From: Myxococcota bacterium
GTDB lineage: Bacteria; Myxococcota_A; Polyangia; Polyangiales; Sandaracinaceae
DNA length: 43,157 nt
Assembly (NCBI GenBank): GCA_036149055.1
Contig: JAYZQJ010000054.1
Location: 1 to 43,157 of the forward strand
Direction of reading: 5' to 3'
Under the pieces are notes generated by a model. The model was not told the origin of the DNA. It worked only from the letters and a program-made list of their open reading frames with translations, and did no database searches. Numbering within the stretch: position 1 is the stretch's first letter; every line of letters begins with the position of its first letter. The translations under genes were made by a program, and so were the position numbers. Shown here piece after piece: positions 26,456 to 35,900 of this stretch.

Positions 26456-27532
26456 TCACGCCAGCGAGCGCGCGAGGCGGAGGCGGGTGGAGGCGTCGAG
26501 CCACGACGCGGGGTCCCGGACCGCCTCCAGCGCGGCGGCGCATCGATCGAGGCCGGCCGCGCGGAGAGCGTCGGCGTGCAAGGAGAGGCCCTCGGGGGGG
26601 AAGGCGTCGGGCGCGCCACCCAGCGCGCGGAGCGCGAGGGCGTCGAGGGCGGCGATCGCTCGGGTCAACACGAGCGCGTGACCCCGATCCGGCGGCGTCG
26701 CGTCGGGCAGCGCCCGCGCCGGGGCGGTCTCGAGATCGATCGAGAGGACTCGGTCGGTCACCACGGCGAGGGGCTCCAGCGTCGGCCGGCCATGGCGCGC
26801 GCGCACGATGCCGGAGATCCAGCGAGGGGCGTCGTCGAGCGCGGCGGCGAGCGCGTCGATCGCGCCCGGGGTCTCGGCGCGGTGCGGGAGCGCGATCGGG
26901 AGACGCGCGCCGTGTGGGTCGGCGACCTCGCCGTAGAGGGTCTGGGCGCCGCGGGCGAAGCCGAGCTCCGTCACCGCGCCCAGCCGGAGGGCGGCCACCG
27001 CGGGCGGCGCCCACGGGGGGGCCGGCGGCGGGAGCGCGGCCACCCGGGTGAACGCGACCGGGAGCGTGTCCCACGCGCCGCGCTGCGGGGTCACGCTCGT
27101 CGCCCCCCGCGTGAGGTGCAGCCGGTCGCCCTCGCGGCGCGCGCCCTCGACGACGAGCTGTCCGCGCGCGAGCGCGCCGAGCGGCAGGCCCCGCCAGACC
27201 TGGTGCTGCGCCGGCGGCCCCTCGCGCAGCGGCCAGCGCTCGACGAGCCTCGACACGCTCTCCTGCGCGGAGGCCTGCGCGGAGACGAGGTACAGGGTCG
27301 CCTCCGCCACGTCCGCGCCGCCGGGGCGGGGGCGCCGTCGCAGCCGCGCGCCCAGCGAGACCCACCGCCCCTCGACCGGCGCCACGGTGAGCGGCGCGGC
27401 GTGCGCGAGCGCGGTGATCGCGTCGCCGAGCGCGCGGGCGTCCCGGCGCGCGAGGGCCGCGCCGACGGCGTCGTCTTCGCACCGCGCCGCCCCGGAGAGC
27501 AGCGCCTCGGCCCGCGCGCGTCCGCTCTTCAC
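26456..27532 (-). CDS. yehQ: YehQ-like protein lacking the N-terminal SWIM zinc finger
   Basis: WVSLGAR, GALARGQLVVEGARR, LGFARGAQTLYGEV, PGAIDALAAAL, ISGIVR..PTLEP and IDLETAP follow the order I recall in the C-terminal half of E. coli YehQ. GTGA overlap with yehP. Confidence 0.65.
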   Translation of the reverse strand: MKSGRARAEALLSGAARCEDDAVGAALARRDARALGDAITALAHAAPLTVAPVEGRWVSLGARLRRRPRPGGADVAEATLYLVSAQASAQESVSRLVERWPLREGPPAQHQVWRGLPLGALARGQLVVEGARREGDRLHLTRGATSVTPQRGAWDTLPVAFTRVAALPPPAPPWAPPAVAALRLGAVTELGFARGAQTLYGEVADPHGARLPIALPHRAETPGAIDALAAALDDAPRWISGIVRARHGRPTLEPLAVVTDRVLSIDLETAPARALPDATPPDRGHALVLTRAIAALDALALRALGGAPDAFPPEGLSLHADALRAAGLDRCAAALEAVRDPASWLDASTRLRLARSLA

Positions 27533-28602
27533 GAGCGCACCCGCTCGGCGACGAAGCGCGCGAGATCACCGGGGCTCATCGCGCCGACCGTCGCTCCCGC
27601 CGCGGCGCAGCGCTCGGCCAGGTCGCGGTCGAAGTCGGGCTGCGCGTCGGGGTCGAGGGCCGCGAGGCCGAGCACGGTGGTCCCGGCGAGGGTCAGCGCG
27701 CGCACGTGGCCGACCACCCGGGGGCGGCTCTCGCCCTCGCGGAAGTCGGTCACGAGGACGACCAGCGCGCGCCGCGGCGCGCGGATCCGGGCCCGCGCCG
27801 CCCCGAGCGCGCGGCCGATGTCGGTGCCGCCGGGGAGGGTGAAGTCGAGCAGCGCCCCGCCCGGATCGTCGAGCCGGTCGCCGAGGTCGACGACGTCGGG
27901 CCCGAAGGCGAGCAGGCTCACCTCCATCGCGGGCATCGCGGCGAAGCACGCCGCCATCACCGTCGCCGCCGGCGCCGCGTCCGCCATGCTCGCGCTGCGA
28001 TCCACCAGCACCAGGACCTGCCACGTCGGCGGTCGACGCGCGCGTCGGGTGAACGCCGGGCGCGTGACCACGAGCTTTCCGAGCTTCGGGTCCCAGTGGC
28101 GGAGGTTGCGCTCGACGGTGCGCTTCAGATCGAAGCGGTGACGCGACCCGCCGCGGGCCCGCCCGCCGAGCGCCCCGGTGAACGCGGCCTCCACCTCGAG
28201 TCGGAGCGAGGCCTGCAGCGCGGCCGCGGTGCGCCGGACGAAGGCGTCGGCGACGTGCTTCCCCGCGGCGTCGAGCGACGGGCGTCGCCGGAGCACCGCC
28301 TCGAGCAGGGTGGGATCGGGCGCCGCCCGCGCCAGCACCTCGGGCTCCGCGAGTAGGCGGTCGAGCTCGAACCGGTGCAGCGCGTCGCGCTCGATCGCCG
28401 CCGCGCCGCGCGCCTCGAACAGCCGGTGCACGTCGCCGAGCCAGTCCGCGGTGGCCCTGGTGGGGGCGCGCAGCCGGGCGTCGCCGCGGTCGTAGAGCCA
28501 GCCGAGCGCCTCGTCGTGGGCGCGCCACGGCCCCGCGTCGCCGAGCGCGTCCTCCGCCGCCTCGCCGAGCACGAGGCGCCAGCGCGTGCGCGCGTCGCTC
28601 AC
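27529..28602 (-). CDS. yehP: VWA domain protein (YehP/CoxE-like)
   Basis: RWRLVLG N-terminus, LGWLYDR, TVERNLRHWDP, MIDAS VLVDRSASM, GGTDIGRAL, VTDFREG. GTGA overlap with yehM. Confidence 0.85.
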   Translation of the reverse strand: MSDARTRWRLVLGEAAEDALGDAGPWRAHDEALGWLYDRGDARLRAPTRATADWLGDVHRLFEARGAAAIERDALHRFELDRLLAEPEVLARAAPDPTLLEAVLRRRPSLDAAGKHVADAFVRRTAAALQASLRLEVEAAFTGALGGRARGGSRHRFDLKRTVERNLRHWDPKLGKLVVTRPAFTRRARRPPTWQVLVLVDRSASMADAAPAATVMAACFAAMPAMEVSLLAFGPDVVDLGDRLDDPGGALLDFTLPGGTDIGRALGAARARIRAPRRALVVLVTDFREGESRPRVVGHVRALTLAGTTVLGLAALDPDAQPDFDRDLAERCAAAGATVGAMSPGDLARFVAERVRS

Positions 28603-30587
28603 GTCGCCTCCCGGGCGAGCGCGGCGTCCACCGCCGCCTCGATCGCCGCGCCGACCGCGGGGTCCGGGCGCACGTCCTCGTGCCGCCTCGCGAGCGCGTG
28701 GGCGAGGTCCGCGCGATCGGCCCGCGGGAGCCGCGCGAGCGCGAGCCGGAGGCCGGGCAGGGCTTCCACGAGCGCCTCCTCGGGCGCGCCGGTCACGAAG
28801 GCGTCGAGCGCGTCGAGCAGCCGGCGCGCCTCGCTCGCGGGGTCGCGGGCCGCGTCGAGGATCCCGTGCAGCACCCTCCCCACCGCCTCGGGCGGCAGGC
28901 GCTCGAAGCCCGGCGCCTCACCGAGCACGCCCAGGCACGCCCCGCGGAGCGGCCAGGGCGCGCGCCCGTCGTGGGCCACGCGCCGGAGGCTCGCCCGCAC
29001 GTCCTCTCGCGTCCCGGGGGCCGCGTCCCGGAGGACGTCGAGCGCGTCGCGGACCGCGCGCACCGCCGCGAGCCCCTCGGGCTCGGCCTCCGAGCGCGGG
29101 CCCCGGCGCGCCTCGAGCAGCCACGCCACCCGCGCGAGGGCCGCGGCCACGAGCGAGGGAGGGCCGCCGTCGCTCACCGCGCGCAGGGCGTCGCCGGCGT
29201 CGGCGAGCGAGGAGAGTCGCTCGATCGCCGCCGCCGCCGCCGCGTGCAACCGCGGCGCCGCGTCCTCGTCCAGGCCGAGCCGCAGCGCGGTCGCGAGCGC
29301 TCCCCGCTCCCCGTCCTCGAGGGCCTCTCGCGCGCGGTCGGCGGCGGCCGCGGCCAGGGTGGGACCGCGCCCCGACTCTCGCGCGAGGTGCGCCTCCGAC
29401 GCCGGGCTCAGATCGACCTTCCACCCGGCCTCGTCGCGGGAGACCCCGGGCGTGCGCAGCGCGGCCAGACATCGCAAGCCCGCCTCGTCCCGATCCCGCG
29501 CGACCGACCGGGCCTCGAGGACCAGGGCGGGCGCCGCGAGGCCGGGGGCGAGCTCGCCCACCCGATCGCCGCGGAGCGCGTCGAGGATCGCGCGCAGGAT
29601 CGGATCGTCGGCGCTCGCCGCGGGGAGCCCGCGCCGGAGCGGCGTCTTCACCCAGGTCGCGACCACTGCGTCCAGGAAGTCGCTCCGGGTCGGCGCCGCG
29701 TGTCCGCGCAGCCGCGCGAGCGCGCGCATCATCGCCTCGGCCGCGATGACGTCGGCGGCGCCCAGCCCGGCCGCGGAGGGCGCGGTCTCCCGGCGCACGC
29801 GCGTGGTCGCCTCGGCGAGGAGGCGCGCGCTCGCCCGCTCGGGGCCCTCCTCCCACACCGCGCGGTCCCAGCCCGGCGAGGGCATGCCGGCGGCGTAGCC
29901 GGCGAGGCGCGCGTCGCTCCAGGGCACCAGCTCGATCCCGCGACGGATCCCCTCGAACGGCGGCAGCGACGGGCGCGCGCCGCTCTCGTCGCGCCAGCCG
30001 CTCCGGAGGTGGGGCGCGTGCAGACCCCCGCAGACGACGAGCACCGGGCCGCGCGCCTCCCCCATCGCGTGGGCCACGTGCGCGGCCATGAAGCGCTCCC
30101 GCGCGTCGGGCGCCCGCGCGCCCCGGAGCGCGTCCCAGTGCGCGTCGAGCCGCGCCGCGAGCCCCTCGTCCCCCTGCTCGAAGAGGTGATCCCAGAGGGC
30201 GTCCCCGTCGTCGGCGAGGACGCGATCGAGGAGCGCGCGCTCGTAGGCGATAGGCGCCTTCGGCGTGCGCACCGCGAACGGCGACGTCCACGCCGGCAGG
30301 TCGATGAAGCGGACCTCGGCCCCTCGGGCGAGCCCTTCGCGCAAGGCCACGTGCTCCGGAGAGTGCTCGCAGAAGGGCGTCCAGCTCGCGACCGACCAGC
30401 CGTCCGCTTCGGCCCACGACAGCGCGGCGACCGGGAGGCGGTGCGGGAGGGTCAGCGCGGCGAGGTCGAGGTCGGCGGGCGCCTCGATCAGCACGGTCCG
30501 CGGGCGCAGCCGCTCGATCTCGGCCCGGACGAGGCGCGCGCACGCCGGGCTGTGGTGCCGGACCCCGATGACGCGCGGTCCGTCCAC
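28599..30587 (-). CDS. yehM: DUF5682 family protein (YehM-like)
   Basis: IGVRHHSPACARLV, VLIEAPAD, PFCEHSPE, FIDLP, LWDHLFE, ARERFMA, VVCGGLH, GYAAGMPSP. Confidence 0.88.
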   Translation of the reverse strand: MDGPRVIGVRHHSPACARLVRAEIERLRPRTVLIEAPADLDLAALTLPHRLPVAALSWAEADGWSVASWTPFCEHSPEHVALREGLARGAEVRFIDLPAWTSPFAVRTPKAPIAYERALLDRVLADDGDALWDHLFEQGDEGLAARLDAHWDALRGARAPDARERFMAAHVAHAMGEARGPVLVVCGGLHAPHLRSGWRDESGARPSLPPFEGIRRGIELVPWSDARLAGYAAGMPSPGWDRAVWEEGPERASARLLAEATTRVRRETAPSAAGLGAADVIAAEAMMRALARLRGHAAPTRSDFLDAVVATWVKTPLRRGLPAASADDPILRAILDALRGDRVGELAPGLAAPALVLEARSVARDRDEAGLRCLAALRTPGVSRDEAGWKVDLSPASEAHLARESGRGPTLAAAAADRAREALEDGERGALATALRLGLDEDAAPRLHAAAAAAIERLSSLADAGDALRAVSDGGPPSLVAAALARVAWLLEARRGPRSEAEPEGLAAVRAVRDALDVLRDAAPGTREDVRASLRRVAHDGRAPWPLRGACLGVLGEAPGFERLPPEAVGRVLHGILDAARDPASEARRLLDALDAFVTGAPEEALVEALPGLRLALARLPRADRADLAHALARRHEDVRPDPAVGAAIEAAVDAALAREAT

Positions 30588-30590
30588 GCG

Positions 30591-31841
30591 TCAGTGGCGC
30601 TCCAGGTAGACGACCAGCTCGACCTCGACCGTCTCGGGGTCCGCGCTCCGCGCCGGGCACCGCAGGACCACCCGCCCGCGCGAGAACGCGCCGTCGCTGG
30701 GCAGCCAGTAGCAGTAGCCGATGTCGTCGTCGCGGCTGAAGCTGTCGAAGTCGCGGATGCGCATGGTGATCCCGCCCTTCAGGTCGCGGGCGCGGACGTC
30801 GGTGAGCACCACCTCGAACCAGAAGGGCGAGGTCGTGTCGTCGTCGCGCGTCGTCTGTCCGGTGGCGGCGCTCGTCCCGGTCATGACCTCGGCGGTGAGG
30901 TAGGCGTCGGGCCCGCTGCCCGTGTCCCAGCTCGAGCCGCTCGGGTTCAGGGGCGAGAAGCTCGCGCGGACCGCGCGGAGATCCCAGCGCGAGAGCGGGT
31001 CGACCATGCAGGTGCCCGAGGCGCAGGTGAAGGCGGGGCCGCAGTCGACGCAGGCGTCGCCGCCGCTGCCGCACGCGCCGCCGAGGTCGCCGTCGAGGCA
31101 GGCGCCCCCCTCGCAGCAGCCGCCGCAGGTCTCGGCGCAGGAGAGGTCGACGCACGCGCCGTCCCGGCACTCGGCGCCCGCCCCGCAGTCCACGCACGCG
31201 CCGCCGGCGTCGCCGCAGGCCGCGTCGGCCGCGCCGCCCTGGCAGCGACCCTCGGCGTCGCAGCAGCCGCCGCACCACTCCTCGCACGGCGGCTCGCAGG
31301 TCCCGTCCACGCAGGTCCAGCCGTCCGCGCACGCCTCGCAGAGCCCGCCCGAGCGCCCGCACGCGCTCACGTCGGTGCCGTCCTCGCAGACGTCGCCGTC
31401 GGTGCAGCAGCCGCCGCAGCTCTCGGGGCCGCACGCGGACGCGGCAAGGCAGGTTCCGTCGACGCAGCTCTCGCCGCGCGCGCAGCTCACGCACTCGGCG
31501 CCGCCGCTCCCGCACGCGTCGTCGCGCTCGATGGCCACGCAGACGTCGCCCCGGCAGCAGCCCGGGCAGGTCGCCTCGTTGCAGCCGCCGCGCGGCGCGC
31601 AGGCGCCGTCCTGACACTCCTCCCCGTCGCCGCACGCCACGCACGCCGCGCCTCCGGTCCCGCACCGATCGTCGACGGTGCCGCGCACGCAGCCCATCGT
31701 CGCCATGTCCACGCAGCCGGTGCAGGAGAGGGCGCCGCCGTCGTCGCCGGGGCCGGTCGTGCCCGGATTGCAGGCGGAGAGCAGGGCGCAGCCGAAGAGC
31801 GAGGCGCAGGCGAAGAGCGAAGAAAGCGAGAAGCGACGCAT
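30591..31841 (-). CDS. Cys-rich repeat lipoprotein with C-terminal C2-like domain
   Basis: Lipobox LLSAC; five CG.(S/T/A)GG.C..C repeats with CC pairs; C-terminal WD..SGPDAYL..T..DDDTTSPFW..RIRDFDSFSRDDDIG. Confidence 0.8.
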   Translation of the reverse strand: MRRFSLSSLFACASLFGCALLSACNPGTTGPGDDGGALSCTGCVDMATMGCVRGTVDDRCGTGGAACVACGDGEECQDGACAPRGGCNEATCPGCCRGDVCVAIERDDACGSGGAECVSCARGESCVDGTCLAASACGPESCGGCCTDGDVCEDGTDVSACGRSGGLCEACADGWTCVDGTCEPPCEEWCGGCCDAEGRCQGGAADAACGDAGGACVDCGAGAECRDGACVDLSCAETCGGCCEGGACLDGDLGGACGSGGDACVDCGPAFTCASGTCMVDPLSRWDLRAVRASFSPLNPSGSSWDTGSGPDAYLTAEVMTGTSAATGQTTRDDDTTSPFWFEVVLTDVRARDLKGGITMRIRDFDSFSRDDDIGYCYWLPSDGAFSRGRVVLRCPARSADPETVEVELVVYLERH

Positions 31842-31845
31842 CCCG

Positions 31846-32934
31846 TCAGTCTATCGAGCCCGGCGACGGGAGACGATGTTTCGACGCGTGCAGCGCCTCC
31901 CACATCTCGCCCTCGCGGCGGCTCGCGCGCCGCTCGAGGTGACGCCGGACGCGGCGCAGCGTGTCTCCCTCGGCGGCGGCCCCGGCGAGGTGCTCCACGA
32001 AGTCCCCCATCAGCTCCGCCGGGCCCGCCGCGCCGCCTCGCGCGAAGCAGGCGCGCACCCCCACCGCGTGCGCCACCGACACGCACTCCGCCGTGCTCAT
32101 CGCCGCGCCCTCGTGGCCGGCCTCGGCCATCTCGTCCCGCAGCGCGCGGAAGGTCTCGACGATGACCTCGAGGGCGTCGTCGGGCAGCGCCTCCGGGACG
32201 CCGCTCCGGGCGAGCAGCTCGGACGACTCGCGCTTGACCAGGGCGAGCTCCGCGCGGAAGTCGGCGATCGGGAACATCGTCTCGAAGTTGAAGCGGCGCT
32301 TCAGCGCGTCGCTCGTCTCGTTGACGCCGCGATCTCGGGTGTTGGCGGTGGCGATGACGTTGAAGCCCTCGCTGGCGAAGACCGTCTCGCCCATCTCCGG
32401 CACGGTGAGCGCGCGCTCCGACAGCACCGAGAGGAGCGCGTCCTGCACCTCGATCGGGCAGCGGGTGATCTCCTCGAAGCGCACGATGGCGCCCGCGCGC
32501 ATCCCCTCGAGGATCGGCGCCGGCACGAGGCTGCGCTCGCTCGGGCCCTCCGCGACGAGCAGGGCGTAGTTCCAGCCGTAGAGGATGTGGTCCTCGGTGG
32601 TCGCGGCCCCGCCCTGGATCGTCAGGGTGGAGCGGCCGCTGATCGCCGCGGCGAGGAGCTCGGCGAGGAGCGACTTCGCGGTCCCCGGCGCGCCGACGAG
32701 CATGAGCCCGCGCTGGGTGGCGAGGGTGACCATCGCGCGATCGATCGCGCTCGGCGGACCGACGATCTTGGGCCGGATCGACCGCGCGGCGTCGCCGAGC
32801 ACGAAGCGGCGCACGGCCGGCATCGAGAGGCGCCAGCCGGGAGGCCGGGCCGCACCCTCGTCGTCGTCCGCGAGCCGCGCGAGCTCGTCCGCCCATCGCT
32901 GCTCGGCCGGCGGTCTCTGGGGGCCTCGCTCCAC
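31846..32934 (-). CDS. yehL: MoxR-family AAA+ ATPase (YehL-like)
   Basis: QRPPAE..ADELA, PPGWRLS, GAPGTAKS (Walker A), QGGAATTED, GWNYALL, VRFEEITR (Walker B), ATANTRDRGVNE, ALKRRFNFETMFPI. Confidence 0.93.
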   Translation of the reverse strand: MERGPQRPPAEQRWADELARLADDDEGAARPPGWRLSMPAVRRFVLGDAARSIRPKIVGPPSAIDRAMVTLATQRGLMLVGAPGTAKSLLAELLAAAISGRSTLTIQGGAATTEDHILYGWNYALLVAEGPSERSLVPAPILEGMRAGAIVRFEEITRCPIEVQDALLSVLSERALTVPEMGETVFASEGFNVIATANTRDRGVNETSDALKRRFNFETMFPIADFRAELALVKRESSELLARSGVPEALPDDALEVIVETFRALRDEMAEAGHEGAAMSTAECVSVAHAVGVRACFARGGAAGPAELMGDFVEHLAGAAAEGDTLRRVRRHLERRASRREGEMWEALHASKHRLPSPGSID

Positions 32935-32938
32935 GCGG

Positions 32939-35900
32939 TCAGGATACGTCGCGCGCCCCCGGGCGGTAAACGCGCCGCCACACGAGCCCGAGCAAGAGCA
33001 GCGCGAAGAGGCCGAGGCCGCGCCCCTCGCCGCCGGCCGCGCGGCAGCCGCAGCCGCCCTCGGTCGGCGCGCCCGGCCCGGCGTCGGCGCCCGGGATCAC
33101 GCCGCCGTCCGTCACGCCGACGCCGCCGTCGGGGCCCGGGCCGGTGCCGTCGGGCATGCAGGCGGCGCTGCAGCCGTCGCCGCTCTCCGTGTTGCCGTCG
33201 TCGCAGCCCTCGACGCCGTCCTGCACGAAGCCGTCGCCGCAGCTCGCCTCCTCGCAGCTCGCGAGGCAGGCGTCGGTCTGCACGCCGTTGCCGTCGTCGC
33301 AGGTCTCCATGCCCGCCCAGACGAAGCCGTCGCCGCAGCTCGCGTTCCGGCAGCTCGAGAGGCAGGCGTCGTTGTCGAGGTCGTTGCCGTCGTCGCAGGC
33401 CTCGGCGCCGGCGCGCACGAAGCCGTCGCCGCAGCGCGCCGCGAGGCACGTGTTGAGGCAGCCGTCGATGTTCGAGGCGTTGCCGTCGTCGCACTCCTCG
33501 CCCGTCTGCACCGCGCCGTCGCCGCAGCTCGCGAGCGCGCAGGTCGAGGAGCAGCCGTCGCCGTCGACGTCGTTGCCGTCGTCGCAGGCCTCGACGCCGT
33601 CGTGGAGGTAGCCGTCGCCGCAGCGCGCCGGGACGCAGCCCTCGACGCAGCCGTCGTCGTTGAAGCCGTTGCCGTCGTCGCAGGCCTCGACGCCGGCCTG
33701 CACGAAGCCGTCACCGCAGACCGCGTTCTGGCAGCTGCTCGTGCAGGCGTCGCTCGGGTCGGTGTTGCCGTCGTCGCACTCCTCGCCGCTCTGGACGATC
33801 GCGTCGCCGCAGCGGGCGCGGGTGCAGGCGTTGCTGCAGGTGTCGTCGTTCACGGCGTTGCCGTCGTCGCACTGCTCACCCATCTGCACGATGCCGTCGC
33901 CGCAGGCCGGGGCCCGGCAGGCGTTGGTGCAGGCGTCGTCGTTCACGGTGTTGCCGTCGTCGCACTCCTCGCCCATCTGCACGATGCCGTCGCCGCAGCT
34001 CGCCGGGCGGCAGCTGTTGGAGCAGGCGTCGTCGTCGATGGTGTTGCCGTCGTCGCAGCTCTCGCCGGGGCCGACGTAGCCGTCGCCGCAGCGCGCGGCC
34101 GTGCAGCTGTTGGTGCAGGCGTCGGTGTTCGAGGAGTTCGCGTCGTCGCACTCCTCGACGCCGGCCTGGACGAAGCCGTCGCCGCAGCTCGCCGCCGTGC
34201 ACATCACGCAGGCGTCGGTGTTGGACGTGTTGCCGTCGTCGCAGTCCTCGACGCCAGCCTGGACGAAGCCGTCGCCGCAGCTCGCCGGCATGCACATCAC
34301 GCAGGCGTCGGTGTTGGACGTGTTGCCGTCGTCGCAGGTCTCGACGCCCGCGCGCAGGACTCCGTCGCCGCAGCGGGCGGCCACGCACGTCGAGAGGCAG
34401 GCGTCCGTGTCGTCGCCGTTGCCGTCGTCGCAGGCCTCGGGGCCGTTGGTCACGCCGTCGCCGCAGCGCGGGCCGAGGCCGCTGCAGCTCGCGTTGCAGA
34501 AGCCGTAGCTCCCGTTCATCGCGCCGTCGTCGCAGGTCTCGCCCGCGCCGATCACGCCGTCGCCGCAGACCGTGGCCACCGCGTACTCGTAGGCGCCCAT
34601 GTCGTAGGCGGCGCCTCCGATCCCGTCCCCGTCCAGCGGTCGGGTCGCCCCGTCGCGGTCGGTCGGCGCGCCGCTCGCCGCCTCGCCGCTGTCGACGCAG
34701 GGGCTGGTGGAGGTCAGGCGCAGGTCGCTCGGCGCGCCGGCGTAGAACGGGTTGGCGGAGATCATGCCCGCGCCCTGCGTGACCACGCCCTCGAAGTTCG
34801 TGCCGTTGCTCCAGACGTCGCTGTAGCGGATGGTCGCCGCGCCGGCGTTGCGGTCGACGCCGTCGTCGCTGTTGTTCGTGACGATGGAGTTGGCGATGTC
34901 GAGCGTGCCGCCCGCCACGTAGAAGCCGTCGCTGTTGCTGTAGACCGTCGCGTGCCGGAACGAGAGGTTGGTCGAGCCGGCGGCGTACGTGCCGACGTTG
35001 TTGTCCACGAGGAGCGCGTTGACGAAGCTCGCGGTGCCGGCGTCGGCGTAGACGCCGTAGGTGTTGCGGCTCAGCGTGAGCCGGTCGAACACGCCGGGGC
35101 TGGTCCGCAGCCGGATCGCGTAGCTGGCGCGCTCGATCACCAGGCCGCGCAGCGCGGAGCCGGCGGCCCCCGGCAGGAAGTCCACGCCCCACCAGGAGCC
35201 GGTGCCCGTCGAGCTGGACGTGAGGCGGACCGGCATGCTCGACGTGCCCTGGGTGACCAGCGCGCCGAGCACGCGCAGCTCCGCGCGCGCCGTGTTCTCG
35301 TGCGCGCCCATGATGTCGCTGGCCTGGAACGAGAGGGTCGACCCCGCGGGGAGGGTGAGGGTGACGCCCGGCGCGACGGTGAGGTCGCCGGGGATCGACG
35401 TCGTGCCGACCGGCGCGGTGGTGTCGATCCAGAGCGTGCCGTAGAGCCCGGGGGTGGCGTCGGAGACGTAGGGCAGGGCGCCCTGGTCGCTGCCGTCGCC
35501 CGCGCCGAACCGGCTCGGGGAGTTGGAGGTCAGCCGGAGGTTGGTGGCGGAGACGTAGAGCGGGTTGGCGCTCTGGGTGCGGGTCTGGGTGACCACCCCC
35601 TCGTAGTTCGTGCCGTTGCTCCAGACGTTGCTGTCCTCGACGGTCGCGACGCCGGCGTTGCGGTCGACGCCGTCGTCGCTGTTCTGGGTGATCACGCTGT
35701 CCCGGACGGTGAGGGTGCCGCCGGCCAGGTACGCGCCGTCGCTGTTGCTGTGCAGCGTGCAGTGATCGAGGGTCACGGCGCTGCTGCCCGAGGTGTAGAC
35801 GCCGACGTTGTTGTCGACGAGGACGTTGTCCTCGAGGGTCACGCTGCCGCTCGCGGCGTAGACGCCGTAGGTGTTCCGTTGAAGGGTCAGCTCGCGCGCG

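Noticed and set aside
25351..26619. Short ORFs across the repeat array and adjacent intergenic region
   Set aside because: They are translations of the DNA repeat (e.g. PLRLGALAR, LRLCASA) in several frames, with no RBS or coding-like composition.
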